This document shows, one piece after another, positions 14,505 through 25,149 of a DNA stretch of 64,000 nucleotides (position 1 is its first letter; every line of letters begins with the position of its first letter). Source of the stretch: Octopus sinensis. Its lineage: Eukaryota. The notes under the pieces are model-generated. The model was given only the letters and a program-made list of their open reading frames with translations. It did not search any database and had not been told where the DNA came from. Where the stretch lies: positions 14,570,001 through 14,634,000 of the forward strand of contig NC_043015.1 in assembly GCF_006345805.1 (NCBI RefSeq). Direction: 5' to 3'. Position numbers and translations under genes: made by a program.

Positions 14505-17500
14505 ACAGTGTGGACTTGAGACATTGAGATTTTGTTGTGTGTGGGACGTGGTGGGACATGCCTGAAAAGATGTTATTCACTCAGTTATTTCTGATGGGTC
14601 AAGAGTAAGCATGTGAGCTGCCAAGGATCCTCAACTAGTTGGGTGTCTTGAAGGACTAGTGTGCAATATGTGAGTGTGTGTAGGACAGCTTCAATGAAGT
14701 AGAAGTTGGAACTTCCAATAAGTACAGAGACAGACATGGTTTGGAGGTGAGAAAGAGACCATGAGTGTTTGAAGTAATACTTCAAACACTCTTGGTCAAA
14801 TATTCACTGTGTGAGTGGGAAACGGAATAAGCCTATAATAGAAAACAACAGTAGTTGTGGTGGCTTTCAAAGCTATTTTAAAGCAAATTATACTTGAGAT
14901 GTAGCTTTTATTAATATCTGATGTTTCAGTTTCATAATTTTTTCCAGACTACACAGATATAAAAGTCTTCTGCATGTGATGTTAAATCAAAGTTAGTATA
15001 ATAACTGTAGCCATTTCATTTTTATTATAAGCAAATTATCTTAAGATTTAACTCTTAAAACATAATTTCCAATAATTTGCAATCTTTTAACTGATAATCA
15101 ATAAACTTTGTAAGGGAATACACATTTATTTGCTATACACATGTATAGCAAATAAATGAGTGCTGGCGAGAAAGTACCACATATTGACTGCAATATTTTT
15201 ATGTTCAGAATTGTTGAAGCATAGAATAAACAACCAGTGGAGGTTGTTAGCTGTCAGGGACACTGCATCCTCTGAAATTTCTGTTCTTTCTGAAATTAGC
15301 CAACACTATTCCTGATGTTCCATCCTTTCCTCTTGATGGCTTTTTTCACTTTTTTCTTAGTTGTTTCAAGGATTTAATCAAACAAATCACTTCTAGTATT
15401 TATAACTAAGTCTGGTTCTTATTCTGTCAGCTTCTTTTGCTGAACCACTAGGTGATGGGGATGCAAACAAACCAATACTGGTTGTCAAGTAGTGGTGGGG
15501 AGACAAACACAAATACATACTATGGCACCACACAGTTTCCTTCCACCAAATTCACTCACAAGGTAACATTGGTCAGCTTAAAGCTTTAGTAGATTAAACA
15601 TGCCGAAGGGGCAGCACCTGTCTTTTTGTGTCATATTCCATCTATACTGCAAACATTTGGCTATCATTATTGTGTCTCTTTATTTGACTTATTGCTGCTT
15701 TCTGTCTCCTTGTTTACTCTTTTCTGATGAGTTGTAGAACAGCTGAGCATTACATACATAAGCTCATTATCATTTGTAAAATATCAAGCTGGCAGAATCA
15801 TTATTCGCATGCCAGACAAAATGCTTAGTGGCATTCCATCTGTCATTACGCTCTGAGTTCAAATTCTGCTGAGGTTGATTTTACCTTTCATCCTTTAGAG
15901 ATCGATAAAATAAGTACCAAGTGAACATTGATATCATAGAAATTGTCTTACCTCTCCACTAAAATTGCTGGCCTTGTGCCAAAATTTGAAATCATTATTT
16001 TAAGATATCTGTGACAAAGAAAGGGATGAAAAGCAATGATAGAAAGTCTCAGGTTGTTGGATTTCAGAAACAAGACAATGCAGGATTGAGCAAAGTAGTA
16101 AGTTGCTTATACTGAAAACCTGATGGTAAATATATCAAATGAATATATATGATTGAAGTGAATGACTTTTCACTTTACTGGTATGACTTATTTAACTCGT
16201 ACAGTTTATATAATGTCTTCAGTTCAGTACGAATGAGCTGAAAGATTCCTAATCTAATTTCTCGCCATATTACAGTTAGCTATTTTGTTGTAATTATTTT
16301 TTACAAGATTACACTTGACACCATTGATTGCATCACTAGTTTTCATATAGGTTTGGTGATGCATACAGGAAAATATGCTTTATTTCATGATAACTTCTAC
16401 ATTGACAGGAACACCTATACATGCTTTATTGCATACAGGAAAATAGAACTCATATGTGTGTGTGTGTGTGTTTTATTATTAATCAGCAGAAGGTGCATAG
16501 TGACTCAAGGACTGAGAGTTTTGTACCTTGGCATGAAGTTCTCAGCCCTTGATTCACTCTGTAAGTTTTGCTGATTATTAATGAAATAGTTTTCGTATAC
16601 TAATTAATACTGATATTTAATGAAGAAAGAAGAAAGATGAATGTTTGAAACAACTGACCTCAAAATATAAACAAACTAATATCTATAACATGGGAAGAAC
16701 ATAAAAGAATTAAAATTAAAGTACCTACTTGAAATAATAAGAGGTGTATTTTGTCCAGGATCTCTAGTATTGATATCAACACCATTGTCCAAGAGGATTT
16801 GGAAACATTGTAACAAGTCCTTCTGTGCAGCAATATGGATGGCAGCATTTCCACTCTTAGCTGTCATATAGCAGTCACATTTTGCTTCAATTAAAGCTTT
16901 TATAATGTCTGGTTTATTTTCTTTTGTAGCCAAGATCAATGGTGTTTCTCCAGAACTATTTTGGCAGTCAATATCAGCACCGGCTTTGATCAGAGAGTTT
17001 GTGCATTCTATGTAGCCTTTCTCTGAAGACAAAAGTAAAGCTTCTTTCAATTCATTTTTTGGTACACTGCCTGGGACATCCAGAAGCAATGATAAAATAC
17101 GTTGATTGTTCTGCTTCACACAACTAACCACACTGGATGAAAAGTAGAAAATAAAAAATTAAATTCAGTGAACCTTTTTATACAGAACAGAATTCAAGGT
17201 CATTTATAACACTTCAGTAATGAGAATGAATAACCCACAGATGCCATCTGAATGAAATACAACAGTTAAGTTTGTGATGACATATTTCATTACAAAAGAG
17301 CTAACTGGAAATAATAATGCAGTGATGGAAAAACAATATTAGTCAATGGCTAATATCAATTTCATATTTACTGAATGATTCTCTTATCATTTTGACAAGT
17401 ACAACAAAGACTATGATTCACTGATGAGGTCCATAGTAAGTGAAACTTGACTGGAGTTGTCTGCTGTATATGCAGAAGGAAAGCAAAATCCTGGATTTGG

Positions 17501-20500
17501 TATTTTTATAAATTTAGAGACTATTGTAGAAGGTAATTTTTAAAGAATGTAGAAATTTTGACTGTTAAAAATAGCCAACTTCACCATAAGAATAACAGAA
17601 GGATGGAGGTAGGGAGGAAATCACCAAGAGATACCTTCTGCTTAAAAACAAATAATCAAGTTGATGCCAACATAGTGCAGTAATTAAAAATTAATTTATT
17701 AATTCTGGTGAAAATAAATGGGAGGGGAGACAACTTCAAAATTTAGAAGAAGAATGATTTGCAGTAGGGAGTCAGTGTGATCGTTGATTAGTATAACAGC
17801 AGATATATTTCAATCATTTATTTTTTATTTGTTTGTGGCCATGCTGGAGCACTGCATTGAAGGGCTTTAGCTGAATGAATCAACCCCCCCCAGTACTTGT
17901 TTTTATAAAGCCTGGTACTAATTCTATTGGTCCCTTTAGCCAAACTGTTACATTATGGGGACAAAAAACTAACACTGATTGTCAAGGGTGATGGGAAATA
18001 CACGCACATGCATCACACACACACACATATAAACATGCATACACATATATATATAATATATGAAGAGGGGCTGAAAAGTTCCTGGCTTTAAGGGTATTGC
18101 AAAAGGCCTGGTTGGAGGCCCAACCTTTCAGATTCTTTTACAGGGCCTAGAAAAATTGAAGGACCACTATAATAAGTGTGTGAATCTGAGAGGGGAATGC
18201 ATTGAATAAAATTATAATTAACTGATCCTCCTGTATTTTCTTTTACACAAAGCCAGGAACTTTTCAACACTCCCTCGTATATGTGTTAATGACACATGTG
18301 CAGTTAATGGATTTTTTTTCCTTCTCTGGACTTATCTTTTCTCCTCTTCTGACAAAGAGCTATGCTCAAAATGTTAAAAACCTATTCTTTTTTCTACTTT
18401 TATTAAGTGTCCAGCTAATATATTCCATATGTATATCCTCTAGTTTTGTTGTTCATTTTAATGTTCAACTTTTAATGCACAAGGCCTGAAATTTGAGGGG
18501 AAGGTTACATCGACCCCAGTGTTCAACTAGTACTCATTTTATCGAACCTGAAAGGATGAAAGGCAAAGTTGACCTCAGTGGAATTTGAACTCAGAATGTA
18601 AAGACAGACGAAATGCCGCTAAGCAGTTTTCCTGGATTGCTAACAATTCTGCTAGTTCACCACCTTTATAATAGTATATAATATATATCGGTCAGTAATT
18701 CGTATATCAAAAATGAGGCACACTCTAAAACATTAGAGTAGTGATATTTAGAAGATTGTTTGTTACACCAGGCAGAGAGTGGCCATTGGCTTCGTGCCTA
18801 TAAAGCACTTAGGTGTACTGGCTACTGGTCAGACTCAAATGGCTGGAGGCAGCACATAACCTTTCTACAACTGGAGGGAAGAAAATATCATGGTTAGTTA
18901 AATTTGTAAACAAAATGAATTCTGGAATAAAACTCTACTGGCAAAAGTTTGGGTATGATGGAGTCACCACCCTTAGTTTGATTTCAGTTATGTCCATGAC
19001 TCCTGCCGAAGACATCTGAAGTTGGTAGCATTTTCCTAGTTGGTAAATAGGAATTCCATGTTCCCAACATGAATTTCCTCTGATGAGGGCACAAACTCAT
19101 TATCTCATCTTTGGAATTTAAAAATCTACCCAGATCAAGTGAGTTTTACAGGATTCTTGCTCTTTTGGCCAAACAAAGCTTACATCATTTGCTCCTGTTG
19201 AGGTACAGCCCTGGTTGTTCTTGGAAACTCCATTTAATTATGTATGACATACCCTCCTCTTTTAAATGCCATGCATAGCTAGCCAAAGACATGATGTTGC
19301 ACCTCTGTATCATAAAGGAGGGGCCATGATTGCTAAGATGATTACGGAATCAACATATTTCCATGTCTGTGCTCTTGTGCTTGTGGTGTTACTGCTGCTG
19401 TTGTTACTGCCGGACCCATTGCTGCTGTTGCTACTGGTATCATTGCCAATATTGCTGTTATTGATGGTGCTGCAGTTGCTACCACTGCTGGACACATAAC
19501 TGGTGCTTTTATTGCTTCTGTAACTGCTGCTGCTTGATACACTGTTGGTGTAACTGCTACCACCGTTGCAATTGCTGTTGCTACTGTTGTTATTAGCATA
19601 TATGCTGTTGGTGCCATTGCTGTTGTCTTCTTCTTCTTCCAATCAGGACTCACGCCATTAGCCACAAAGAATAATCTCTAATTCAAGTCTACTCTAAGCC
19701 ACTAAGAATGCGCATGGCAACTTGGAGATCCACCCACCACACGTAATAGACTGGCGGTTGCATGGTTGTGCAAGCTACATTGTTATCCTCTTTCTGTAAA
19801 CGGTGGCTTTTATCGAGTGGCGAGCTGAACCATCCTGGAGTACAGAGGATTTGCAATTTAAACTAGGGTCTGAAAGTTTACCACACCATAGTGGGTTACA
19901 CCATGGTTCCTCTGCTTTGTGGCAGAAGTAGGAAGAAAGAGTGAGAGAAAGTTGTCATCATCATCATTGTTCGGCCATGGACGAGACAATGGAATTTACT
20001 ATGTTACGGCAGACTTCACGGTCCATCATAGCATTACGGAGGTCCTGTTGCTGGATGCCTGTATCCCTGGAGATTACATCAGGGTAGGAGAGTGTGCACC
20101 CTCTGGTATCGCGAGCAGATGGCTTCCAGAGGAGAAGAGTAGAAATTGCCTCGTTTTCAGCTCTACAACAATGTCCAGCAAACTGGACTCTTCTACCTTT
20201 CACAAGAGATGATACAGGTGGTAGTTTCCCATATATTTGTACTTTGGTTGGATGATGCTTCCACAAGAGATTTTGAGCTCTCATAAGGAGGCGAATGTAA
20301 GTTCCATCCAACCACCTCTCAAGCTTTTTTGATAACGTCCAGGTTTCTGAGCCATATAGTAGAATTGGTTTGACTGTGGCTTTGAAGATTTTAAGTTTGA
20401 AATCTCTACTTAGATTTGATGACCAGATCTTATACATATCATTACAAGCTGATCAGGCCATACCCTTTCTAATTAGAAAATCTTTTTCAGATGATGATAA

Positions 20501-23500
20501 GTATGACCCAAGATATTTGTAATCAGAAACCATATTTAAGGGCGTATTGTTGAGAGTATGGCTGATGAAATCACTGAGTACAGCGGGGTTCCCCCCACCA
20601 TCACCAGAGCCTCATGGAGCTTAGGTGTTTTTGCTCAATGAACACTCACAATGCCTGGTCTGGGAATCAAAACCGTGTTCTTACGACCGCGAATCCGCTG
20701 CCCTAACCACTGGGCCATTGTGCCTCCACATTGCTGTTGTTGCTGTCAACACCACCACTGCAACTGCCAATACCAGTCACCGCCTTAACCTCATACACAA
20801 CACTTTTGGAAGTGCTTCGATCACCCACTGGGCACTCGTTGTTAACCCTTCATGAACATTCTCCCTCTGCACATGGTTTAGGAGTGCCCACTAATATTTT
20901 TTTAATGCTGGGTACACAACTGAAAGAGACCTTTGTGTCTATCAAACAAACATCTGTATCCCATGTGACTGTATAAAGTGTTTATCCACCAATCTAAGAA
21001 ATATCCTACTTAAGCAAGTCTTGAAATTTTTGCTGGTGCAGCTCCCTATTACAATGATACTTTGGCATTGAATGGGTTTAAGGATTGCTTCTCTGTTATG
21101 CTGGTACTTAACATCTGCAAAAGTTATTTGGTTTGTCCCACCCTTCTCACTTAATGTCACTATTACCTATCTGTCTTTATTCATTCAAACTCTACATATC
21201 TCTCAAGTCATCTAGCAAGTACTGGGAAAGACTATACTTACAAGGTGTAATAAGACTGAAATGTGTCTGGAGATGTCTCACATACTTAGCAAAGATCAGA
21301 CACACCTACATTACACGTCTTCATGTGATTTCTATTTAATATTCAGGTTGGTATCTTTTGTCCAGAATTATGAGGGTTGGCTAAAAAGTTCATAGGCTGA
21401 CCAAGATTCTCTTAAGCAAGGTGAACAAATAAGGTTTATTTTTCAATATAGTCCCCCCTTGTGGGCTACAAACTTCTTCCAGTGCTTGGATTCCATTGGT
21501 GAAAAAGCTTAGTTTTATCCTGTTACTCAAAAAAGTCATCAACAGCAGATGTGATGTCATTAACACTGTGACACTAGTTCCAAATCAAGTGTTTTTTCAT
21601 GTTGGGTAACAGAAGATAGTCAGAAGGGGCTGAATATGGAGGGTGATCAAAGCCAGTCATGTACAACAACCATTGAAACCAAGGCCTTATGTGCTGGAGC
21701 ATTGTCCTGATGAAACAAAACTTCTTTTGCCAGTTTTCCTTGGCATTTGGTCTTGATAGCCTTTTGTAACTGCCTCAGCAAAGTAGCATAGTACTCTCCA
21801 TTAGTGTTGTGGCCCTTTTTGCATCCCCCAAAACTATATGGATTGTCTCTTTGTCATTGGCTCAAAGTGATGAACCCAACACTACCCAACACTCTTCATG
21901 TTATCCCAGTCAATGACCAGAAATATTAATAATCCTTCATGATAGCGTGCTGCTTTTTATCAACCAGTGGCTTGTATCACTTTGTTTGGCAGTCTTGAAA
22001 GAATCTTTTGTTTGTGCTGCTACCACTAACTTGTTTGTCATCAGGGATAACTTTGATGCACTTAAAATGTATTTATGATGTTTATTTCTATTCTGTTGTT
22101 GAAGGATTTTTGGTGTTAAAATGAAGTGTGATTGTATTAAACAGTTTCAAATTTTTTGTTGTCATTTTAAACATCAACAAACAAGAACAACAAAAATCTA
22201 TTCAATCTATCACAGTCATGGATCATCTGTGGTTCATCAATTTTTCTGCATGGCACGTCTGATGAAAAATTACCTCAAATTTTTTCTTTTTTTTTAGTAC
22301 TGCGGCCAGTACACAAGTATGCCCCCTGATTTTGTTTCCTCATAACTTCCAGAAAAATTAATATTTTCTAATGTAATATTCTACAAATATGCTTTAGATG
22401 GTGTAGGTTCCGATTACATTGGAATTTGTTGTGAAAAGAAATTTCCCATGAGTGGGGAGAGGAGTTTCGGAAAATCCATACGAGTTAGCTTTGTTCTCCC
22501 ACAACTTTTAGAAAGATGGTTACTTTTTTTTAATGAAATTTTTTACAAATACCTTTGAGACTGGGTAGATTACGATCATATCACACTTAATATACATTAA
22601 AAAAAAATGGTGAATTCGTACACATTGACACATATCACAATTTTTTTTCAAAATTTCAAGTTTCATTTTGAAGATATACGAAGTGTATCAGTACGTATTT
22701 ATGTATATTTTTCACAAATTCCGATATCATCAGAATCAACACACTGAAGCATATTTGGTGAAAGTTTCATTAAAAAATATCCAATTTTCCTGAAAATTAT
22801 GAGGAAACAAAGTTGGAAAAGGGCACACTTGTGGGCAGAGTTAAAGGACATGGACCACACCCACTTTCGTTTTATTTTTTTTTCTGCAGAAACCTATCTT
22901 TATGACTGCGGAGATTCTGAATCTGCGAACAAAATCGGTATTTCAAAACTTTAATCCCTCCACCCAGTTTTTTACTTTTTTTAGAAATTTTTTTTGGTGA
23001 AATATGGAGATTATGATTTTGAAAAAAACACAAAAACCCCTCCTACTAAAATAGCAGACATAAAAAGTATCTAAACAGAAAACTCGACATGCTAGAAATA
23101 GAAGCTAAGAGACAAATCATGTTTTCAAAATTTTAATTTTCCCCACCCACACTCTTTTCTTTGCCAGAGAGATAGAGAAGAGGAAAATAAAAATTTTGAA
23201 AACGTGTGTTTGGGGTTTTCAAAATCTTCCATTTTTATGTACGCTCCAACCGGAAAGTCCGACAAGGTAGCAACAACAGCCAAACCGAAGATCCACTTTC
23301 TAAATACGAATTACAAAAAAAAAAAAAATAAAAAAAAAAAATAAAATGTCATTTTGTTGTCCTGTATGTGCAAACTAATTTTTACATATCTCTCTTAATT
23401 CCAAAAGACCCTCAACCACAACATGTTCACTTTCTGTCACAGATGCGCTGGCGGAGTGGAGGGGTGTTTATTTATTTTTGAAAAGTTGAAGTTTTACAAA

Positions 23501-25149
23501 ATTTTTTTCAGAATCATAGTCTTTTCTACGTATTTTTCTACGTATTTCGCCAAAGACAATTTCTAAAATAAGCGAAAAATTGGTGGTGGTGGTGGCGGCG
23601 GTAGTGGGGCGGAGAGAATTGAAATTTTGAAATGTTGATTTGTTTTGCAGATTCGGAATCTCCGTAGTCGAGAAAGTGGGTTTCTGTAGAAAAAAAACAA
23701 CAAAAAAACGCCCCCCACCCAATAACCGAAAATGGGTGCGGTCCATGTCCTTTACCTCCGCCCACTTGTGTAGGTTTGCCCTGCGGTCGGTATGGTGAAG
23801 TGTCATGTGGTCCACTTCTTGAAAAGTTTGTTCATGCCTAATCAGACACAATCACACCCTCCAGTCTTAAATAATCCTAATGAACACCATATAAATAATA
23901 CTTAACAAACAACCAGGAGACAGCAAATGTAAAAAAATGAAAAAAAAAGGAAAAATCTCCAGTCACGAAACAAAATTAACTTTCAAAAGTTTGTAAGAAA
24001 ATGAAAGTGACACTGTATTATCAAAGATTAATGGAATGTTTTTTGATGTTCCGCGATTTTGAAAAAATTATGAAAACAGTTCATTAGATCAACACAACTA
24101 TATTTACTTTATCGATACTGTTCAGACGAATGGCAAAGTCGATTCTGGCATAATCGAAATTCGGAACATATAGGGATTATGTTCTGAATTCCGATTATGC
24201 TGAATACTGTAAAGCATTGTGTTCCAACACATGAAAATATTTCAAATAATATCCACAATGATCGAACGTAGAAATGATACTAAAATACAGATCAGCTAGT
24301 CCATCACTTATTTTACTTCTATCGGAATACTTTCCCTCTTTAAAGAATAATCGAATAATCAGAAGTTTTCTGGTTTGTTGATAATAATTGGCGTTAAAAG
24401 TAATTTTAAACAACATTTAATGCTAAAGATTAATTTTCAAAACACTAAATCAATGTTTATTGGGCATTATTGTACGTCGTGATTAGATTTTAATCTAAAT
24501 TTCTGAGTAGTATGAAATCTGTGACTTTTTGGTTTTATTCTCTGTAAAGAAACATTAGTTTGACAATAGATATTATTTAAAATTGTCTGTAGCACTAATA
24601 ATTAGTAAATAAGAGACGAGGAAAATTATAACGATACTTTAAAGAACAAAAGTAATAATCACACAGATAGGTATCTATCGTATATAGTAGAGTAACTGGT
24701 TTTAGAAAAAACAGAAACATTGTCGTGCTGCATTTTTCTGGGTATAAATAGAAATGGTACTAGCAGCGATAACCAAGAGGTGTTATACTAAACAGTCTGC
24801 CTAATTAGGATATATTCCATCAAATTAGAATCTACAGTGCATTAAATCAAGAGACTTTGTTTCTAGCCAATATATTCTTGCTTTATTTTATTTTTGTATT
24901 CCGAATCATAAGTTCAAGCATAGGAGAAACTTATGAAGATCTAAAACAGATCTGTGATACAGACGGTAATCAACAGTTGCGACAAACAAAAATATAACTT
25001 TTTCCGTCTCGAAAGCCGTTTTTTGAGAATGCGAAAGAATGCTGAACTTGTATGTTGCTATCATCAAAAATATTTCGCATAAGTTATTTTCAGAGATTAG
25101 GGAAAACATTATACATATATATATATAACACAGCTTCTTACCTGACCAT
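4551..25149 (-). CDS. Ankyrin repeat and SOCS box-containing (ASB-like) protein, spliced: join(25149-25142, 17132-16729, 8234-7926, 5041-4551), about 403 aa
   Basis: Exons carry ankyrin motifs (GETPLILA, GNAAIHIAA, QNTPLII, GWTALHHAA, GNTPLMLAA, RTPLWYA) and a C-terminal SOCS box (PLTLLQISRIWIRHYL..LPLPKSFQDFLL). GT-AG introns have compatible phases (2,1,1); total 1212 nt = 404 codons including TGA. The 5' end is uncertain. Confidence 0.85.
5438..6048 (+). mobile_element. tRNA-derived SINE with CORE-like domain (family B), containing a family C segment
   Basis: GGCTATGTGGTAAGAAG..GGTTCAGTCCC head, CCTTGGGCAA core, 3' tail ending GACTGAAACAAGTAAAAG; homologous to 61409-61795. Confidence 0.7.
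6125..6850 (-). mobile_element. Internally deleted Helitron with RepHel coding remnant
   Basis: Minus strand reads HCNIEIVASVRLIKYVIKYTLKGND and ISQYLTGRYICPSEAVASILGFSIHE*APAIVRLQVHL (Helitron Rep region); 3' hairpin TGTGACC-caaca-GGTCACA followed by CTAG|T. Confidence 0.85.
6876..7490 (-). mobile_element. Mariner transposase pseudogene, 3' part (D,D34D domain)
   Basis: TCDEKW remnant near 7480, LLHNNARPH and LQHPPY-ISPTDNHLF in ORF 7079-7273. Confidence 0.85.
7926..8234 (-). CDS. ASB-like internal exon (ankyrin repeats)
   Basis: Acceptor poly-T-ccag|TT, donor AAAG|gtatt; encodes IKKKYLILEEVLSRPDCDVNATDCYGWTALHHAA...TAMHIIALK. Confidence 0.9.
10030..10372 (+). mobile_element. SINE-like repeat family C (internal ~62-bp repeat units, (ATG)n tail)
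   Basis: GTGGTTGGCGGTAGGAAGGGCATCCAGC...CATGGAAAGTGGACGTTAAAC(ATG)n. Copies at 32133-32425, 33915-34195, 38430-38903, 47401-47850, 49785-50292. Confidence 0.8.
10460..11350 (+). mobile_element. Highly decayed Penelope-like RT/GIY-YIG remnant
   Basis: Only fragmentary, frameshifted motif similarity judged by eye. Confidence 0.3.
12690..14460 (-). mobile_element. Decayed Jockey/CR1-group LINE reverse transcriptase fragments
   Basis: QHSFCRARSLGDLFAY (QxGFR..RSTxD motif) in ORF 13597-13812; other pieces are weak and interrupted by a SINE. Confidence 0.45.
16729..17132 (-). CDS. ASB-like internal exon (ankyrin repeats)
   Basis: Acceptor tttctacttttcatccag|T; donor TCAA|gtaggt (phase 1) restores an ankyrin register TPLIIS-I-IKKKYLILEEVL across the intron. 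Confidence 0.88.
18061..18277. mobile_element. Mariner-derived MITE
   Basis: TIRs containing TGAAAAGTTCCTGGCTTT / AAAGCCAGGAACTTTTCA with TA flanks; second copy at 52537-52747. Confidence 0.85.
19954..20570 (-). mobile_element. 5'-truncated RTE-clade LINE nested in a SINE
   Basis: ORF 19964-20437 (LKIFKATVKPILLYGSETWTL..RRVQFAGHCCR) and YLGS motif upstream; (TGA)n tail; host SINE GAAAGAGTGAGAGAAAGTTG resumes at about 20577. Confidence 0.88.
21370..21890 (-). mobile_element. Decayed mariner fragment
   Basis: Terminus GAGGGTTGGCTAAAAAGTTC resembles the MITE TIR at 18061; FHQDNAPAH remnant near 21700. Confidence 0.6.
22312..23770. mobile_element. Composite non-autonomous fold-back DNA element with CACAAGT..ACTTGTG ends (CMC/Chapaev/Transib-like)
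   Basis: TA|CACAAGT ... ACTTGTG|TA; two inverted-repeat modules at 22312-22833 and about 22831-23770. Confidence 0.65.
25142..25149 (-). CDS. Probable first coding exon of the ASB-like gene (ATG GTC AG|gtaaga)
   Basis: Strong donor; phase 2 matches the next exon (MVS-VVSCVKQ); good Kozak context (aatATGG); in-frame stops upstream; lies in a CpG-retaining, mostly unique region. Confidence 0.5.

Noticed and set aside
16721-16728. Alternative donor AGTAG|gtac for the ASB exon
   Set aside because: Gives phase 2, incompatible with the next exon; the donor 4 nt upstream restores frame and ankyrin register.
17415-17465. CTGATGAGGTCCATAGTAAGTGAAAC hammerhead-like string (similar one at about 25609)
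   Set aside because: Stems I and II do not pair; at most a very decayed remnant.
19266-19665. Ser/Asn-rich and Leu-rich ORFs
   Set aside because: Cryptic trinucleotide repeat open in several frames; no domain or splice support.
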